A DNA stretch of 64,000 nucleotides from an uncultured bacterium. GTDB taxonomy: Bacteria; SAR324; XYD2-FULL-50-16. The stretch lies in contig CBFCZY010000014.1 in assembly GCA_965602905.1 (NCBI GenBank), positions 10,227 through 74,226 of the forward strand, in the 5' to 3' direction. The notes beneath the pieces are model-generated. The model did no database searches. It saw only the letters and a program-made list of their open reading frames with translations, and was not told where the DNA came from. The translations under genes and the position numbers were made by a program. Positions 1-8,600 of the stretch are shown here, piece by piece (within the stretch, counting starts at the first letter, position 1; each line of letters starts with the position of its first letter).

Positions 1-704
1 GGCACGTAAACATCAAAGGTTTTAATAGCATAGTCACAGCCTACATTTTTTAAGTGGGCTTTATAATCGTGGATCTGGTAGCGGGCCATGGTCTGAATTT
101 CACCATGGTCACTATTTACTTCCAACTGCATGACTGTCATTACGGTATCTGCGTCATCCTCATAGGCTGCATAACCTATCAAGGCCTCGTGACTGGAGGC
201 CTTATTTAAAACATCAATTTTACTAGCATCACCGTGAACCCAAGGGACGTTCTCAAACTCGCTACCTAGCAGAGGGTGCCTTGTTAGAGGAGTGACAATT
301 ACGGCCTTACCCTTTTCTACAAATTGTTTATTTTCAGAAAGAATGGAGTAGATAAATACGGGGCTATCAGAACAGATAATGATATGGTCTTCCATCTTAA
401 CATCTTTTAGACCCTGTTCCTTGCCGCTGCGCAGTGCAAAAAACCAGTTGGAAACCAGTGAGATAATGATCGAGTTGATTACCACCCCTAAAACCAAAAT
501 TAACAGTCCAAAGGATTTCCCCTCTACCGTTGAGGGCGACATATCCCCATAACCAACGGTGGTGAAGGTTACCACGGTCCACCAGAGACTATCAAATAGG
601 CTAACAAAGGGGCTTTCCCCATAGCCTTCAATAAAATAGATGCCAAAGGTGGAAACGACCACCAGTAGCGGGAGGATGATTAAAACTAGGTATCTGACTC
701 TCAT
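1..704 (-). CDS. Potassium channel protein with a C-terminal RCK/TrkA-N-like domain. Partial: the 3' end lies beyond the window edge.
   Basis: Hand translation of the minus strand from ATG at 704 gives MRVRYLVLIILPLLVVVSTFGIYFIEGYGESPFVSLFDSLWWTVVTFTTVGYGDMSP.... It contains the canonical K+ selectivity filter TVGYGD, flanked by two hydrophobic helices and followed by a soluble domain. An in-frame stop lies just upstream of the ATG. The frame stays open to position 1. Confidence 0.85.
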   Translation of the reverse strand, partial: MRVRYLVLIILPLLVVVSTFGIYFIEGYGESPFVSLFDSLWWTVVTFTTVGYGDMSPSTVEGKSFGLLILVLGVVINSIIISLVSNWFFALRSGKEQGLKDVKMEDHIIICSDSPVFIYSILSENKQFVEKGKAVIVTPLTRHPLLGSEFENVPWVHGDASKIDVLNKASSHEALIGYAAYEDDADTVMTVMQLEVNSDHGEIQTMARYQIHDYKAHLKNVGCDYAIKTFDVYV

Positions 705-803
705 TAATTAGCTCGTATAAGCGTTATTATTCTAACCAGTCTACTTGAAATTAAAAAGAAATCAAATGTGGAATTGCAGATGATGAGCTGGCAAATTTAG
801 GCC

Positions 804-842
804 AAAAAAAAAGGCGGTTTTAACGTAAAAGTTAAAACCGCC
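804..842 (-). terminator. Rho-independent terminator downstream of the FmdB-like gene
   Basis: Perfect 12-bp stem GGCGGTTTTAAC / GTTAAAACCGCC (813-842) with a 6-nt loop. On the plus strand it is preceded by A9 (804-812), which is a U-run after the hairpin on the minus strand. Confidence 0.7.
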
Positions 843-906
843 TTAGAATCTTTAATCATTTAAATAATTTTTATCAGGCTAGACCTAGCCTTTAGCATCC
901 ACCGCC

Positions 907-1116
907 TCAGGAGAAACCTCCTGATGGGGGAGAGTAACTCCCGCCACCTCCACTTGGAACTGCACTAGAACCGCTAGCGGCCACAGCCGAGAGGCTACGT
1001 TTTGATCCCGATTCTTTGCAAAGGGGGCAGCTAAGGGCTTCATCCCGCTCACTGGTTTTGCGGAGTTCCGTAAACTGGTGACTGCATTTTTCACAGTTGT
1101 ATTCAAATAGAGGCAT
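907..1116 (-). CDS. FmdB/CxxC_CxxC_SSSS family zinc-ribbon protein
   Basis: MPLFEYNCEKCSHQFTELRK...LSCPLCKESGSKR has two CxxC pairs in the typical FmdB N-terminal arrangement, followed by a Gly/Ser-rich tail. Confidence 0.8.
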   Translation of the reverse strand: MPLFEYNCEKCSHQFTELRKTSERDEALSCPLCKESGSKRSLSAVAASGSSAVPSGGGGSYSPPSGGFS

Positions 1117-1300
1117 TTAATCTTGTCTTTTTAGGTTGCTTGTGCGTATTATATGAATACTTTAATATCAATTGAGACTTGAGTCAAGCAAGAGAGTGAT
1201 TATGGCAGAAATGTACCCACCAATTAAGATTATAGGCCAGATAGAATCCATTGAATTAGGCCCCCTTAAAAGCCCTGGTTGAGGCGTCGCCCCTGATATC

Positions 1301-1549
1301 GTGAATATCAGAACCGAAGATTTAGAAAAACCCTTACGCCTCTTGCTACTAGACCAGCGTGCGCCCAGAGGCTGCGTCGACCCTGCAACCCTGCCTAAGG
1401 GCTGCAAGGTGGAACTAACCTATAAAAAAGTGTTTTTTTATATTTTAGAAATCAAAGCCTTAGAAGACTTTGAACCTGTGGTGCGTCGTGCTCCAAAAAC
1501 ACCACCAAAATCCAAGCCAAAAGGGCTAATGGGTAGGCTGCGAGGTTAG
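1301..1549 (+). CDS. Hypothetical small basic protein (82 aa, GTG start)
   Basis: The ORF is followed immediately by a good intrinsic terminator. No family recognised and no clear RBS. Confidence 0.45.
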   Translation: MNIRTEDLEKPLRLLLLDQRAPRGCVDPATLPKGCKVELTYKKVFFYILEIKALEDFEPVVRRAPKTPPKSKPKGLMGRLRG

Positions 1550-1554
1550 AAAAA

Positions 1555-1586
1555 CAGGGGGAATAGGGAAATTCCCCTTGTTTTTT
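1555..1586 (+). terminator. Rho-independent terminator
   Basis: 10-bp stem CAGGGGGAAT / ATTCCCCTTG (one G-U pair) with a 6-nt loop, followed by T6 (1581-1586). Confidence 0.75.
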
Positions 1587-1670
1587 ACCTAAAAATTAAA
1601 TAGAGTTTATACTCTAATTAATTTCAGTAAAATTAAAAGTTTTAATTTCTTTTAGTTACCTAGGCCCCCT

Positions 1671-2954
1671 ATGTCTGTTTCAATTCTCCCAAAAAAACTA
1701 CTCCTCTTAAGCTTTATCTTTGCTTTTCTTTTTGTCCAAACGGCGTCGGCCTTGATCCCTGAGCGTAGAGACAAACAATTTGATACTGATTCAGGTTACT
1801 TGCTCTTTCCAGCACCCTACGAATTACCTGGCCTTGGCAGTGGTATGATGGTGGTTGGTTATTGGGGAAATATTTTAGAGTCCAATGCCGACTCTTTTGT
1901 CATTGCTATGCAAGGCGATGTTGAGGGCTATATTGGCTCTGTTGATGAGCTTTTTCTTATACCTGACTTTCTCTATTACAACCGATTCCAAATGTTGGTT
2001 ACTTCCTACGGCATCAATAGCTATAGCAAGCGTGGGATGGATACGGATAAGGATGACTACAACCTCCTTGTTGGCGATAGATATGCCCAGCATATTGACC
2101 GTTTAGTGATTCCACTTTTTGATCGTCGCTTGCAGATAGCTACCTCAAGACAAGCAGGCGATGGGCGGAGCAACAAAATTTTAACCGCCAAGGGTGAGCT
2201 ACTGGTGGAGTATGATACCCCTCAGGTATTTGAACAAAAGGGCCAAACCAACGAGATTTTACTGGATCTAACAGACGACTATGGTGACCCTCGCTCTGGC
2301 TTACGATTGAGCATTTTAGAAGCCTCCCAAGATGCAGCTAGTGCCGATTCTCCAGAATTTAAAGTGCTAGACCAGTTTGCTTCTTTATACCTTCCTATGG
2401 GTGTCAACTCGACTTGGGTGTTTCACTACTACACCTCTGATGCCACAGTGAGCAAACAGGGCAATACAGACCTCGAAACGTTAAAAACCAATGCTGGTTT
2501 TGCTTCTTGCCCCTATTCCGCCGACCAGACTGCCTGCGAAGCTGCGGTGTTAGAAAATGTAAATAACACCTTAAATGCTAATAAATATGGTACCGCAGCG
2601 GCACTAGGTGGAACCAACCGCATGAGAGCCTACCCCAATGGGCGTTTTCAGGCAGCCCACGCTAGAGTGATTGCCACGGAATTCCGTTGGAACATCTTGA
2701 CCGAACATGTGAACTTTGACTGGTATCTGCTTTCTGATGTGCAAGAGGCCTTACAGGTCGCATTCTTTTACGAGCAGGGTACCGTTGCAGAATCCAAAGC
2801 AGATTTAGGCACCATTACACGCTCTTCCTATGGCTCTGGTTTAAGACTGGTTACAGGTTCAGGCTCAGTTTACCGCTTTGATTTGGCCACTGGTGAAGAG
2901 GGCGCCCAAGTTAACTTGATCTTCCAGTATCCTTGGGAACCAGGCGGAATGTAA
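1671..2954 (+). CDS. Secreted, probably outer-membrane protein of unknown function (Omp85/surface-antigen-like C-terminal part)
   Basis: N-terminal signal peptide (LLLLSFIFAFLFVQTASA). The rest is rich in beta-strand-like alternating Gly/Tyr/aromatic segments. The C-terminal region (SGLRLVTGSGSVYRFDLATG...NLIFQYPW) resembles the last strands of surface-antigen barrels. Confidence 0.65.
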   Translation: MSVSILPKKLLLLSFIFAFLFVQTASALIPERRDKQFDTDSGYLLFPAPYELPGLGSGMMVVGYWGNILESNADSFVIAMQGDVEGYIGSVDELFLIPDFLYYNRFQMLVTSYGINSYSKRGMDTDKDDYNLLVGDRYAQHIDRLVIPLFDRRLQIATSRQAGDGRSNKILTAKGELLVEYDTPQVFEQKGQTNEILLDLTDDYGDPRSGLRLSILEASQDAASADSPEFKVLDQFASLYLPMGVNSTWVFHYYTSDATVSKQGNTDLETLKTNAGFASCPYSADQTACEAAVLENVNNTLNANKYGTAAALGGTNRMRAYPNGRFQAAHARVIATEFRWNILTEHVNFDWYLLSDVQEALQVAFFYEQGTVAESKADLGTITRSSYGSGLRLVTGSGSVYRFDLATGEEGAQVNLIFQYPWEPGGM

Positions 2955-3035
2955 AAATGCAGGAGGTTTGACCCCCCATTTTTCCTTCCTTTTTTAGCCC
3001 TGAGTCCCCAGATTGAAGTATTAAACTGCTAGGCA

Positions 3036-4544
3036 TTGGGGCCAAAAGGCTTTAAAATAAAAGCTTCTAGAATAAAAAAATCAGGAGCCCCTTTGCGACG
3101 AATCACACATTTTCTTTTTGCAGCAGCCATTTTAAGTGTCTATGGGATACAAGTTTGCCCCTTCATTGAGACCTTAAACCCCATCCAGATTGTAACCCCA
3201 ATTGTTTCTGTGTTTTTGTTCCAGTACCTTATGGTGAGTTTGGTTATGCATAAAAAAATTGCCAACCTGCCTTTGGAAATGCAATCGAGAGGTGTCTTTA
3301 TCGGAGAACTACTGCTCTTTTTGTTTTCTGGCTTCATCATCACGGTCTTTAATATGCTTGTGTACCAATTCCCCTTTGGTAGCGGTATGAAGTTGGTAGT
3401 GGGCTTTTTTGGCTTTGGCCTTTTCTGTGCTGTAGATATGAGTCTGGAGCAAGAGCGAAAACTAGCCAAAAGATTTAAGATTACAGGGGAATCCTTTGAT
3501 TTGGATGCAAGATTTTTCTCCCAGCCCAATAAGCTTTTTATTTTCGTAACTCTGGCGAGCTCCTTGATGGCAGGGGTGTTCTTTTTAGTTGTAAATAAGG
3601 ATTTGGATTGGTTGATGACTGTGGGAAGTTCTGTCTCCTTAGTCGAGGCCAGAACCGCCATTTTAGGGGAAGTCTTATTTGTGGTCTCGGTCTCTCTGTT
3701 TCACTCTCTAAATATCATTCGCTCTTACTCTAAAAATTTAAAGACCTTTTTTGATGATGAAACTGAGGTTTTACAAAGGGCCAGCGAAGGGAATTTTGCA
3801 TTAGCCGTACCCGTTGCCAGTTCCGATGAGTTTGGCCTGATTGCTCAAAAAACCAACCACATGGTCGCAGGCTTGAAAGCAGCTACGGAAAAACTGCAGC
3901 TGACCCAAGATGCTACCATTATCGCCTTGGCATCCTTGGCGGAAGCTCGGGATAATGAAACAGGTGCCCATATTTTACGAACACAGGCCTATGTTAAGGT
4001 TCTCGCGAAACATCTGCAAAAGCACCCTGACTTTAGCGAGGTTTTAACAGAAGAATACATTGATCTGGTTTTTAAAAGTGCCCCTTTGCACGATATCGGT
4101 AAGGTGGGTATCCAAGACCATATTTTGCTCAAACCAGGAAAACTGGATTTTGATGAATTTGAAATCATGAAAACCCATGCCACCATCGGTGGAGTTGCCT
4201 TGGATACTGCTTTGAAAACCTTGGGTGATGACAGCTTTTTATCCTACGCCAAAGAGATTGCCATGAGCCACCATGAAAAATGGGATGGCAGTGGCTATCC
4301 TGCAGGTTTGAGTGGTGAGGCCATTCCCTTGAGTGGGCGTTTGATGGCTGTAGCTGATGTTTATGATGCCTTGATCAGCACCAGAGCTTACAAAAAGGGC
4401 TTTAGCCACGAGAAGGCCAAGGAGATTATCTTAGAGGGGGAAGGCAAGCACTTTGACGCTAGAATCACCCAAGCTTTTGTGGAAATTGAAGGGGAATTTG
4501 TGGCCATTGCCAAGGAACTTTCAGACCAGAGTAGCCCAGACTAG
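3036..4544 (+). CDS. Membrane-bound HAMP + HD-GYP domain c-di-GMP phosphodiesterase-type protein
   Basis: Several N-terminal TM helices, a HAMP-like linker, then the HD-GYP signature HDIGKVGI...HHEKWDGSGYP. The start (TTG at 3036) is uncertain. Confidence 0.9.
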   Translation: MGPKGFKIKASRIKKSGAPLRRITHFLFAAAILSVYGIQVCPFIETLNPIQIVTPIVSVFLFQYLMVSLVMHKKIANLPLEMQSRGVFIGELLLFLFSGFIITVFNMLVYQFPFGSGMKLVVGFFGFGLFCAVDMSLEQERKLAKRFKITGESFDLDARFFSQPNKLFIFVTLASSLMAGVFFLVVNKDLDWLMTVGSSVSLVEARTAILGEVLFVVSVSLFHSLNIIRSYSKNLKTFFDDETEVLQRASEGNFALAVPVASSDEFGLIAQKTNHMVAGLKAATEKLQLTQDATIIALASLAEARDNETGAHILRTQAYVKVLAKHLQKHPDFSEVLTEEYIDLVFKSAPLHDIGKVGIQDHILLKPGKLDFDEFEIMKTHATIGGVALDTALKTLGDDSFLSYAKEIAMSHHEKWDGSGYPAGLSGEAIPLSGRLMAVADVYDALISTRAYKKGFSHEKAKEIILEGEGKHFDARITQAFVEIEGEFVAIAKELSDQSSPD

Positions 4545-4660
4545 TTTTGGATTTGAAAAGCAAGTAAGTAAATTTAAGCTAACTAAAGACGGGGGTAGAA
4601 GCAGCGCAAAAGAATATCCACCAAACAGATTCCTTAAGCGCCACTTCTAGATCAAATTAC

Positions 4661-5998
4661 TTAAGCCGCAGGAGTTGGCAGTAATAGACGTTCCAGATCA
4701 GTTTTCGCATCACCTGTTAAGGATAAATTGAAGTTTTCCACAATGAAGTCTAAGATAGCTTCATTCATGAACTGAGGTGGCTTAGGCCCAAGAACAATGT
4801 TCTTAATGCCAAGGCTGAATAGAGCCAGTAAGATAACTACTGCCTTTTGTTCCATCCAACTTAACACAATGCTAATAGGTAGATCGTTCACAGGTACATT
4901 TAAGGCCTGAGATACGGCTAGAGCAATGTGAACCGCACCGTTTGAATCATTACACTGACCTAAGTCGAGGTAACGTGGGATTTCCGTTCCAGGAACAGTT
5001 CCAAAATCAATGTCGTTGAAGCGGAATTTACCACAGGAAGAAGTGATGATTACGCAATCTTGAGGTAAGGACTCAGCCATTTCACGGAAGTAGTTTCCAG
5101 GTGTTCCTGGAGCGTCGCAACCAGCGATAACAAAGAACTGACGAATTTTACCTGCGCCAACAGCTTCAAGAATCTGAGGCGCTAGGCTCAAGATGATGTT
5201 GTAATGGTGACCTGTCATCAAGGTAGTATCAGCATCAAAACCAGTAACATCTGGTAAAGATAAGGTCTTTTCGATCAAAGCAGTAAAGTCGTCATTTTCA
5301 ATTTTGTGGGCCTTTTCAACGCCTACAATCTTGTAACCAAAAAGTCTGTCGATGTAATCGCAATCATCTTTTGGTGGGATAATGCAGTTGGTGTTTACCA
5401 CACAAGTACCTTGCCATTTAGAAAATAAAACATTTTGGTCGTGCCATGCACCACCGATGTTGCCTTTCAAGTGGCTATGCTTCTTCAATTCTGGGTAAGC
5501 ATGAGCTGGTAACATTTCAGAGTGAGTGTAAATGTTGATTCCTTTGCCTGCTGTGGCAACAAGCAACTTCTCAAGCATATCTAAGTTGTGACCTGAAACC
5601 AAAATAGCCTTTCCTTCGGCTTTGTTTTGGCTTACCTGAACTGGTGCAGGTTGACCTAACTTGGCTACATGACCGCCACTGAGTAGATCCATACATTTAA
5701 CACCAGCAGCACCAATCTTCATCAACTGGGCAATATGGTCGTCAAAAGTAAAGTTAACGTTGGTCATAGTGAAGTACAACGTCTCAGCTGTAACATCATC
5801 AATTTCTGATGTGTCTGCACCCATTTCTTTGGCGTGTTCACGGTAAGCAGCTAGGCCACGAAGACCGTAAACCATCATATCTTGTAGTTTAGCAATTGTA
5901 GCAGTTTTACCACAGGTACCGATATCTTTTCCTTTGGAGCCGCAACCATTCACGACGCTAAGCTCGCACTGGTTACAGAACATTTGTAATTCACTCAT
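4661..5998 (-). CDS. hcp: Hybrid cluster protein (hydroxylamine reductase), short form
   Basis: N-terminal MFCNQCE...C...CGK cysteine cluster and overall prismane-protein similarity. It is 445 aa against about 550 aa for the common classes. The start could instead be the internal Met at 5983 (MFCNQCE). Confidence 0.9.
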   Translation of the reverse strand: MSELQMFCNQCELSVVNGCGSKGKDIGTCGKTATIAKLQDMMVYGLRGLAAYREHAKEMGADTSEIDDVTAETLYFTMTNVNFTFDDHIAQLMKIGAAGVKCMDLLSGGHVAKLGQPAPVQVSQNKAEGKAILVSGHNLDMLEKLLVATAGKGINIYTHSEMLPAHAYPELKKHSHLKGNIGGAWHDQNVLFSKWQGTCVVNTNCIIPPKDDCDYIDRLFGYKIVGVEKAHKIENDDFTALIEKTLSLPDVTGFDADTTLMTGHHYNIILSLAPQILEAVGAGKIRQFFVIAGCDAPGTPGNYFREMAESLPQDCVIITSSCGKFRFNDIDFGTVPGTEIPRYLDLGQCNDSNGAVHIALAVSQALNVPVNDLPISIVLSWMEQKAVVILLALFSLGIKNIVLGPKPPQFMNEAILDFIVENFNLSLTGDAKTDLERLLLPTPAA

Positions 5999-6156
5999 AA
6001 TTATAAAAAATAAAAAAATTGTTAATTATTCACATGAATTGCAAAGATAAATTAAAAAAGGGGGCTGCTCAAGTAAAAAATGAAAAATCGGTTGTTTTTT
6101 CACAAAGTAAGAAGGCCCAAAAAAAAGAAATCTATAAGGGGCGGGGAGAGAGGCCT

Positions 6157-6747
6157 TTAAGAATGTAGGCCCGCAAAGAGCAATTGAATCAGTTTGGAGG
6201 ATTGCAGTTTAAGTTTCTCTAAAGCGGTGCCGCTCGGGATCAAGGTATGGGGTAAAACAAAGCCCCGCAAAGCCTGAAAAATCAGCATAGCCAATTGTTG
6301 TGGGTCACCAGGGCCGATCTCGCCTGTTTTCTGGCCCAGTTCAAGGATTTCTCTAATACAAGCCTGCTTTAAAGCCACATGTTCTGTCGGCAGTTCCTTA
6401 CGCTTTTTAGAGATAAATTCCATCAGCTCAAAGAGGTGAATCTGATTGGAAAAGATATTATGGTTGTATTCTATAGTTTTATGGCAAAAATAAACTAGTT
6501 TCTCTTGGGCTGTTCCTTCCAGTTCTGTAGTCAGGACTTTAAGCTTTTTGGTATTTTCAATATGGCGTTTGACTACAGCCGCACCCATATCCCCTTTGCT
6601 TTCAAAAAAACGATACAAATTTGCAGGCGACATATCGCAGTCGGCGGCAATCTCGTTGACATTAGTTTTTTGAAATCCATACTGCATAAAGCGATTTTGC
6701 GCCGCTTCTAGGATCTGCAAACGTGTTTCTTCAGTTGGTTTGGGCAT
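6157..6747 (-). CDS. TetR/AcrR family transcriptional regulator
   Basis: HTH region RLQILEAAQNRFMQYGFQKTNVNEIAADCDMSPANLYRFF. I place the start at the ATG at 6747 (MPKPTEE), which is in frame with the longer track ORF ending at 6840. Confidence 0.85.
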   Translation of the reverse strand: MPKPTEETRLQILEAAQNRFMQYGFQKTNVNEIAADCDMSPANLYRFFESKGDMGAAVVKRHIENTKKLKVLTTELEGTAQEKLVYFCHKTIEYNHNIFSNQIHLFELMEFISKKRKELPTEHVALKQACIREILELGQKTGEIGPGDPQQLAMLIFQALRGFVLPHTLIPSGTALEKLKLQSSKLIQLLFAGLHS

Positions 6748-6853
6748 GGTATTTTTGTTGAATTTCACACAAGAATAGTCGAATTTAAGCCTCTTGGCAA
6801 TGAGTAGCTTCTTCTGTAGGCTTGGGGTCAACAAAGACAACCAATGAGGAACT

Positions 6854-7282
6854 ATGGATCAGGCGAAGGCAATTCTTTTTTATCTTGTACCAGTAATTTT
6901 TGTAATTATTGGAATCATTCATTTTTACTGGGCCTTTGGCGGTAAGAAGTTCCTTACATCGACCATTCCAGAAAAAAACGGGAAACCACTTTTTCTGCCT
7001 ACCTTTACTATCACTGCTGCTGTGGGCTTGGCCTTTTTTGCCTTTGCTGTTGGAGTTTTGGCCTTTGGGGGCTTAGTGGCGCTTCCTGTTGAGTACCGAG
7101 TAATCCGCTTTAGTGTTTTGGTGATGTTGGCCCTGTTTTTTGGTCGCATGATTGGCGATTTTCAATATATCGGGCTTTTTAAAAAGGTGAAGGGCAGCCG
7201 CTTTAGTCACAATGATGACCTCTACTTCATTCCCTTTTGTGGGGTTTTAGCCATTATGCTTTCTGTTCTTTTGCGCCAGTAA
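6854..7282 (+). CDS. Small integral membrane protein, DUF3995-like
   Basis: Four hydrophobic helices and an N-terminal HFYWAFGG motif typical of DUF3995. Confidence 0.65.
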   Translation: MDQAKAILFYLVPVIFVIIGIIHFYWAFGGKKFLTSTIPEKNGKPLFLPTFTITAAVGLAFFAFAVGVLAFGGLVALPVEYRVIRFSVLVMLALFFGRMIGDFQYIGLFKKVKGSRFSHNDDLYFIPFCGVLAIMLSVLLRQ

Positions 7283-8593
7283 AATTAAGGCTAGACCGTG
7301 GAAGGTTAAGATTACTGTCTGAACCTCTGCGTCTCTAAAATTATTTTCGAAATTCCCAGCAAACAGACTGCCCAGTAACCCTGCCGCAAGGCCTAGTTTT
7401 AGGCCAGCCTCTAGTTTATTTTCATGTCCTGCTTCTGAACGATCCTTTAGATAAGATCTAATTAGGAGAACAGGAATGGAAAGGAGCCAAAAGACCAGGG
7501 CTGCAAACCCGAAAAAACCAAAATTCACCCAAGACTGTAAATAGAGATTATGAACCCCAACAGAAGGTTTATGATGGAAGTTATATCTGTGGCTATGGGC
7601 CAAGTGGTGCTTGACTACAAAAAATTGCTTAAACTCAGGAATATGCTCTTCTTGATGGTGGTGGGTGAATTGATGTCGTTCTGAGACTGCCTCATAGTAG
7701 GGAGTCATTTCCTTATCGGTGCTGGCTCCAAAACCAAAGATGGGCCGATCTAAAATCATATCCACCCCTGCTTCCCACATATAAAGCCTGTCAATATTAG
7801 ACTTTACACTCATAGCCGACGCCAATCTTTTGCCAACAGAAGTCTGTTTTAAGGTCTCAGAATCCTTTAAGCTAAACAGCCCAAATGCGGCCAAGAGGGC
7901 AAAAATTCCCAGAGCCAAGGCCCATTTTTTTGGCAGGCGAAAGATTGCAATCACCGCCAAAGTGACCACTAATCCCAGCCAAATACTGCGGCCATGACTG
8001 GCAAAAGCTGCCAGTAAATTCATCAAAGCCGCTATAATATAGTAGATTTGAAAGGGGCTTCTTTGTGAGGCGAGACCTAAAAATAGACCTGTTAAAAGTA
8101 GGCATACCCCACCAAAAGTTAGATGGTGAGAAAAGGCACCAACGGCAAGCCATGCCCCGGCGTGTTGTAGGTATTCAGCCTGTAGGCTGGCACTTCTAAG
8201 AAGGTCTAATCCCGTTTTATATTGCACTAGGGCGTAGATGCAAATGGCTATACTGCTACCAAGCAGCCATCTTAGTGCTTGGGGCAAATCCCTGTCTTTC
8301 AAGGCCCAAAAAACCGCAAAGGGCAGCAGGAATTTCCAGAATTTTTTAGTGTAGGCTAAGGAAAGAGCGGGGTCGCTACTGGCTAGGGCGCTGACAAAAA
8401 AAGCCAAAACAAAAACTAGAATCGCCTTTGCTAAAAAATTAAATTCAAAGGTGGTTTTTTTCTGGGCTAGGGCAATCAGAAAAAAAAGAATCAAAAAGGT
8501 GGCAGCAAAGTCGCCACCTGCAACAGATAAGGGAAGGGAAAGGAACAAAAGCCCCACCAAAACAGGGGGGGCCTTTGCTAAAAAGTTAGCCAT
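7247..8593 (-). CDS. O-antigen ligase (Wzy_C/RfaL)-like polytopic membrane protein
   Basis: At least ten predicted TM helices with a central loop region (HGRSIWLGLVV...) resembling the Wzy_C domain. The start is set to ATG 8593 (MANFLAKAPP), just downstream of the secA stop; the longer track ORF would overlap secA. Confidence 0.7.
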   Translation of the reverse strand: MANFLAKAPPVLVGLLFLSLPLSVAGGDFAATFLILFFLIALAQKKTTFEFNFLAKAILVFVLAFFVSALASSDPALSLAYTKKFWKFLLPFAVFWALKDRDLPQALRWLLGSSIAICIYALVQYKTGLDLLRSASLQAEYLQHAGAWLAVGAFSHHLTFGGVCLLLTGLFLGLASQRSPFQIYYIIAALMNLLAAFASHGRSIWLGLVVTLAVIAIFRLPKKWALALGIFALLAAFGLFSLKDSETLKQTSVGKRLASAMSVKSNIDRLYMWEAGVDMILDRPIFGFGASTDKEMTPYYEAVSERHQFTHHHQEEHIPEFKQFFVVKHHLAHSHRYNFHHKPSVGVHNLYLQSWVNFGFFGFAALVFWLLSIPVLLIRSYLKDRSEAGHENKLEAGLKLGLAAGLLGSLFAGNFENNFRDAEVQTVILTFHGLALILLAQKNRKHNG

Positions 8594-8600
8594 AACAAAC

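Noticed and set aside
885-1106. 73-aa ORF overlapping the FmdB-like gene in another frame
   Set aside because: The 907..1116 frame gives the diagnostic CxxC...CxxC zinc-ribbon protein. The alternative frame has no features.
3140-3661. 173-aa minus-strand ORF. The same applies to 19131..19652, 39137..39604, 10464..10919 and other antisense ORFs in the track.
   Set aside because: All are embedded antisense in genes with strong family signatures (HD-GYP, iscS, TerB-like/convergent region, secA). They have composition typical of antisense frames.
6019-6034. FNR/CRP-type site (TTGTTAATTATTCACA) upstream of hcp
   Set aside because: The half-sites TGTTA/TCACA are separated by 5 nt rather than 6, and the left half is degenerate. 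I cannot distinguish it from chance in an AT-rich leader.
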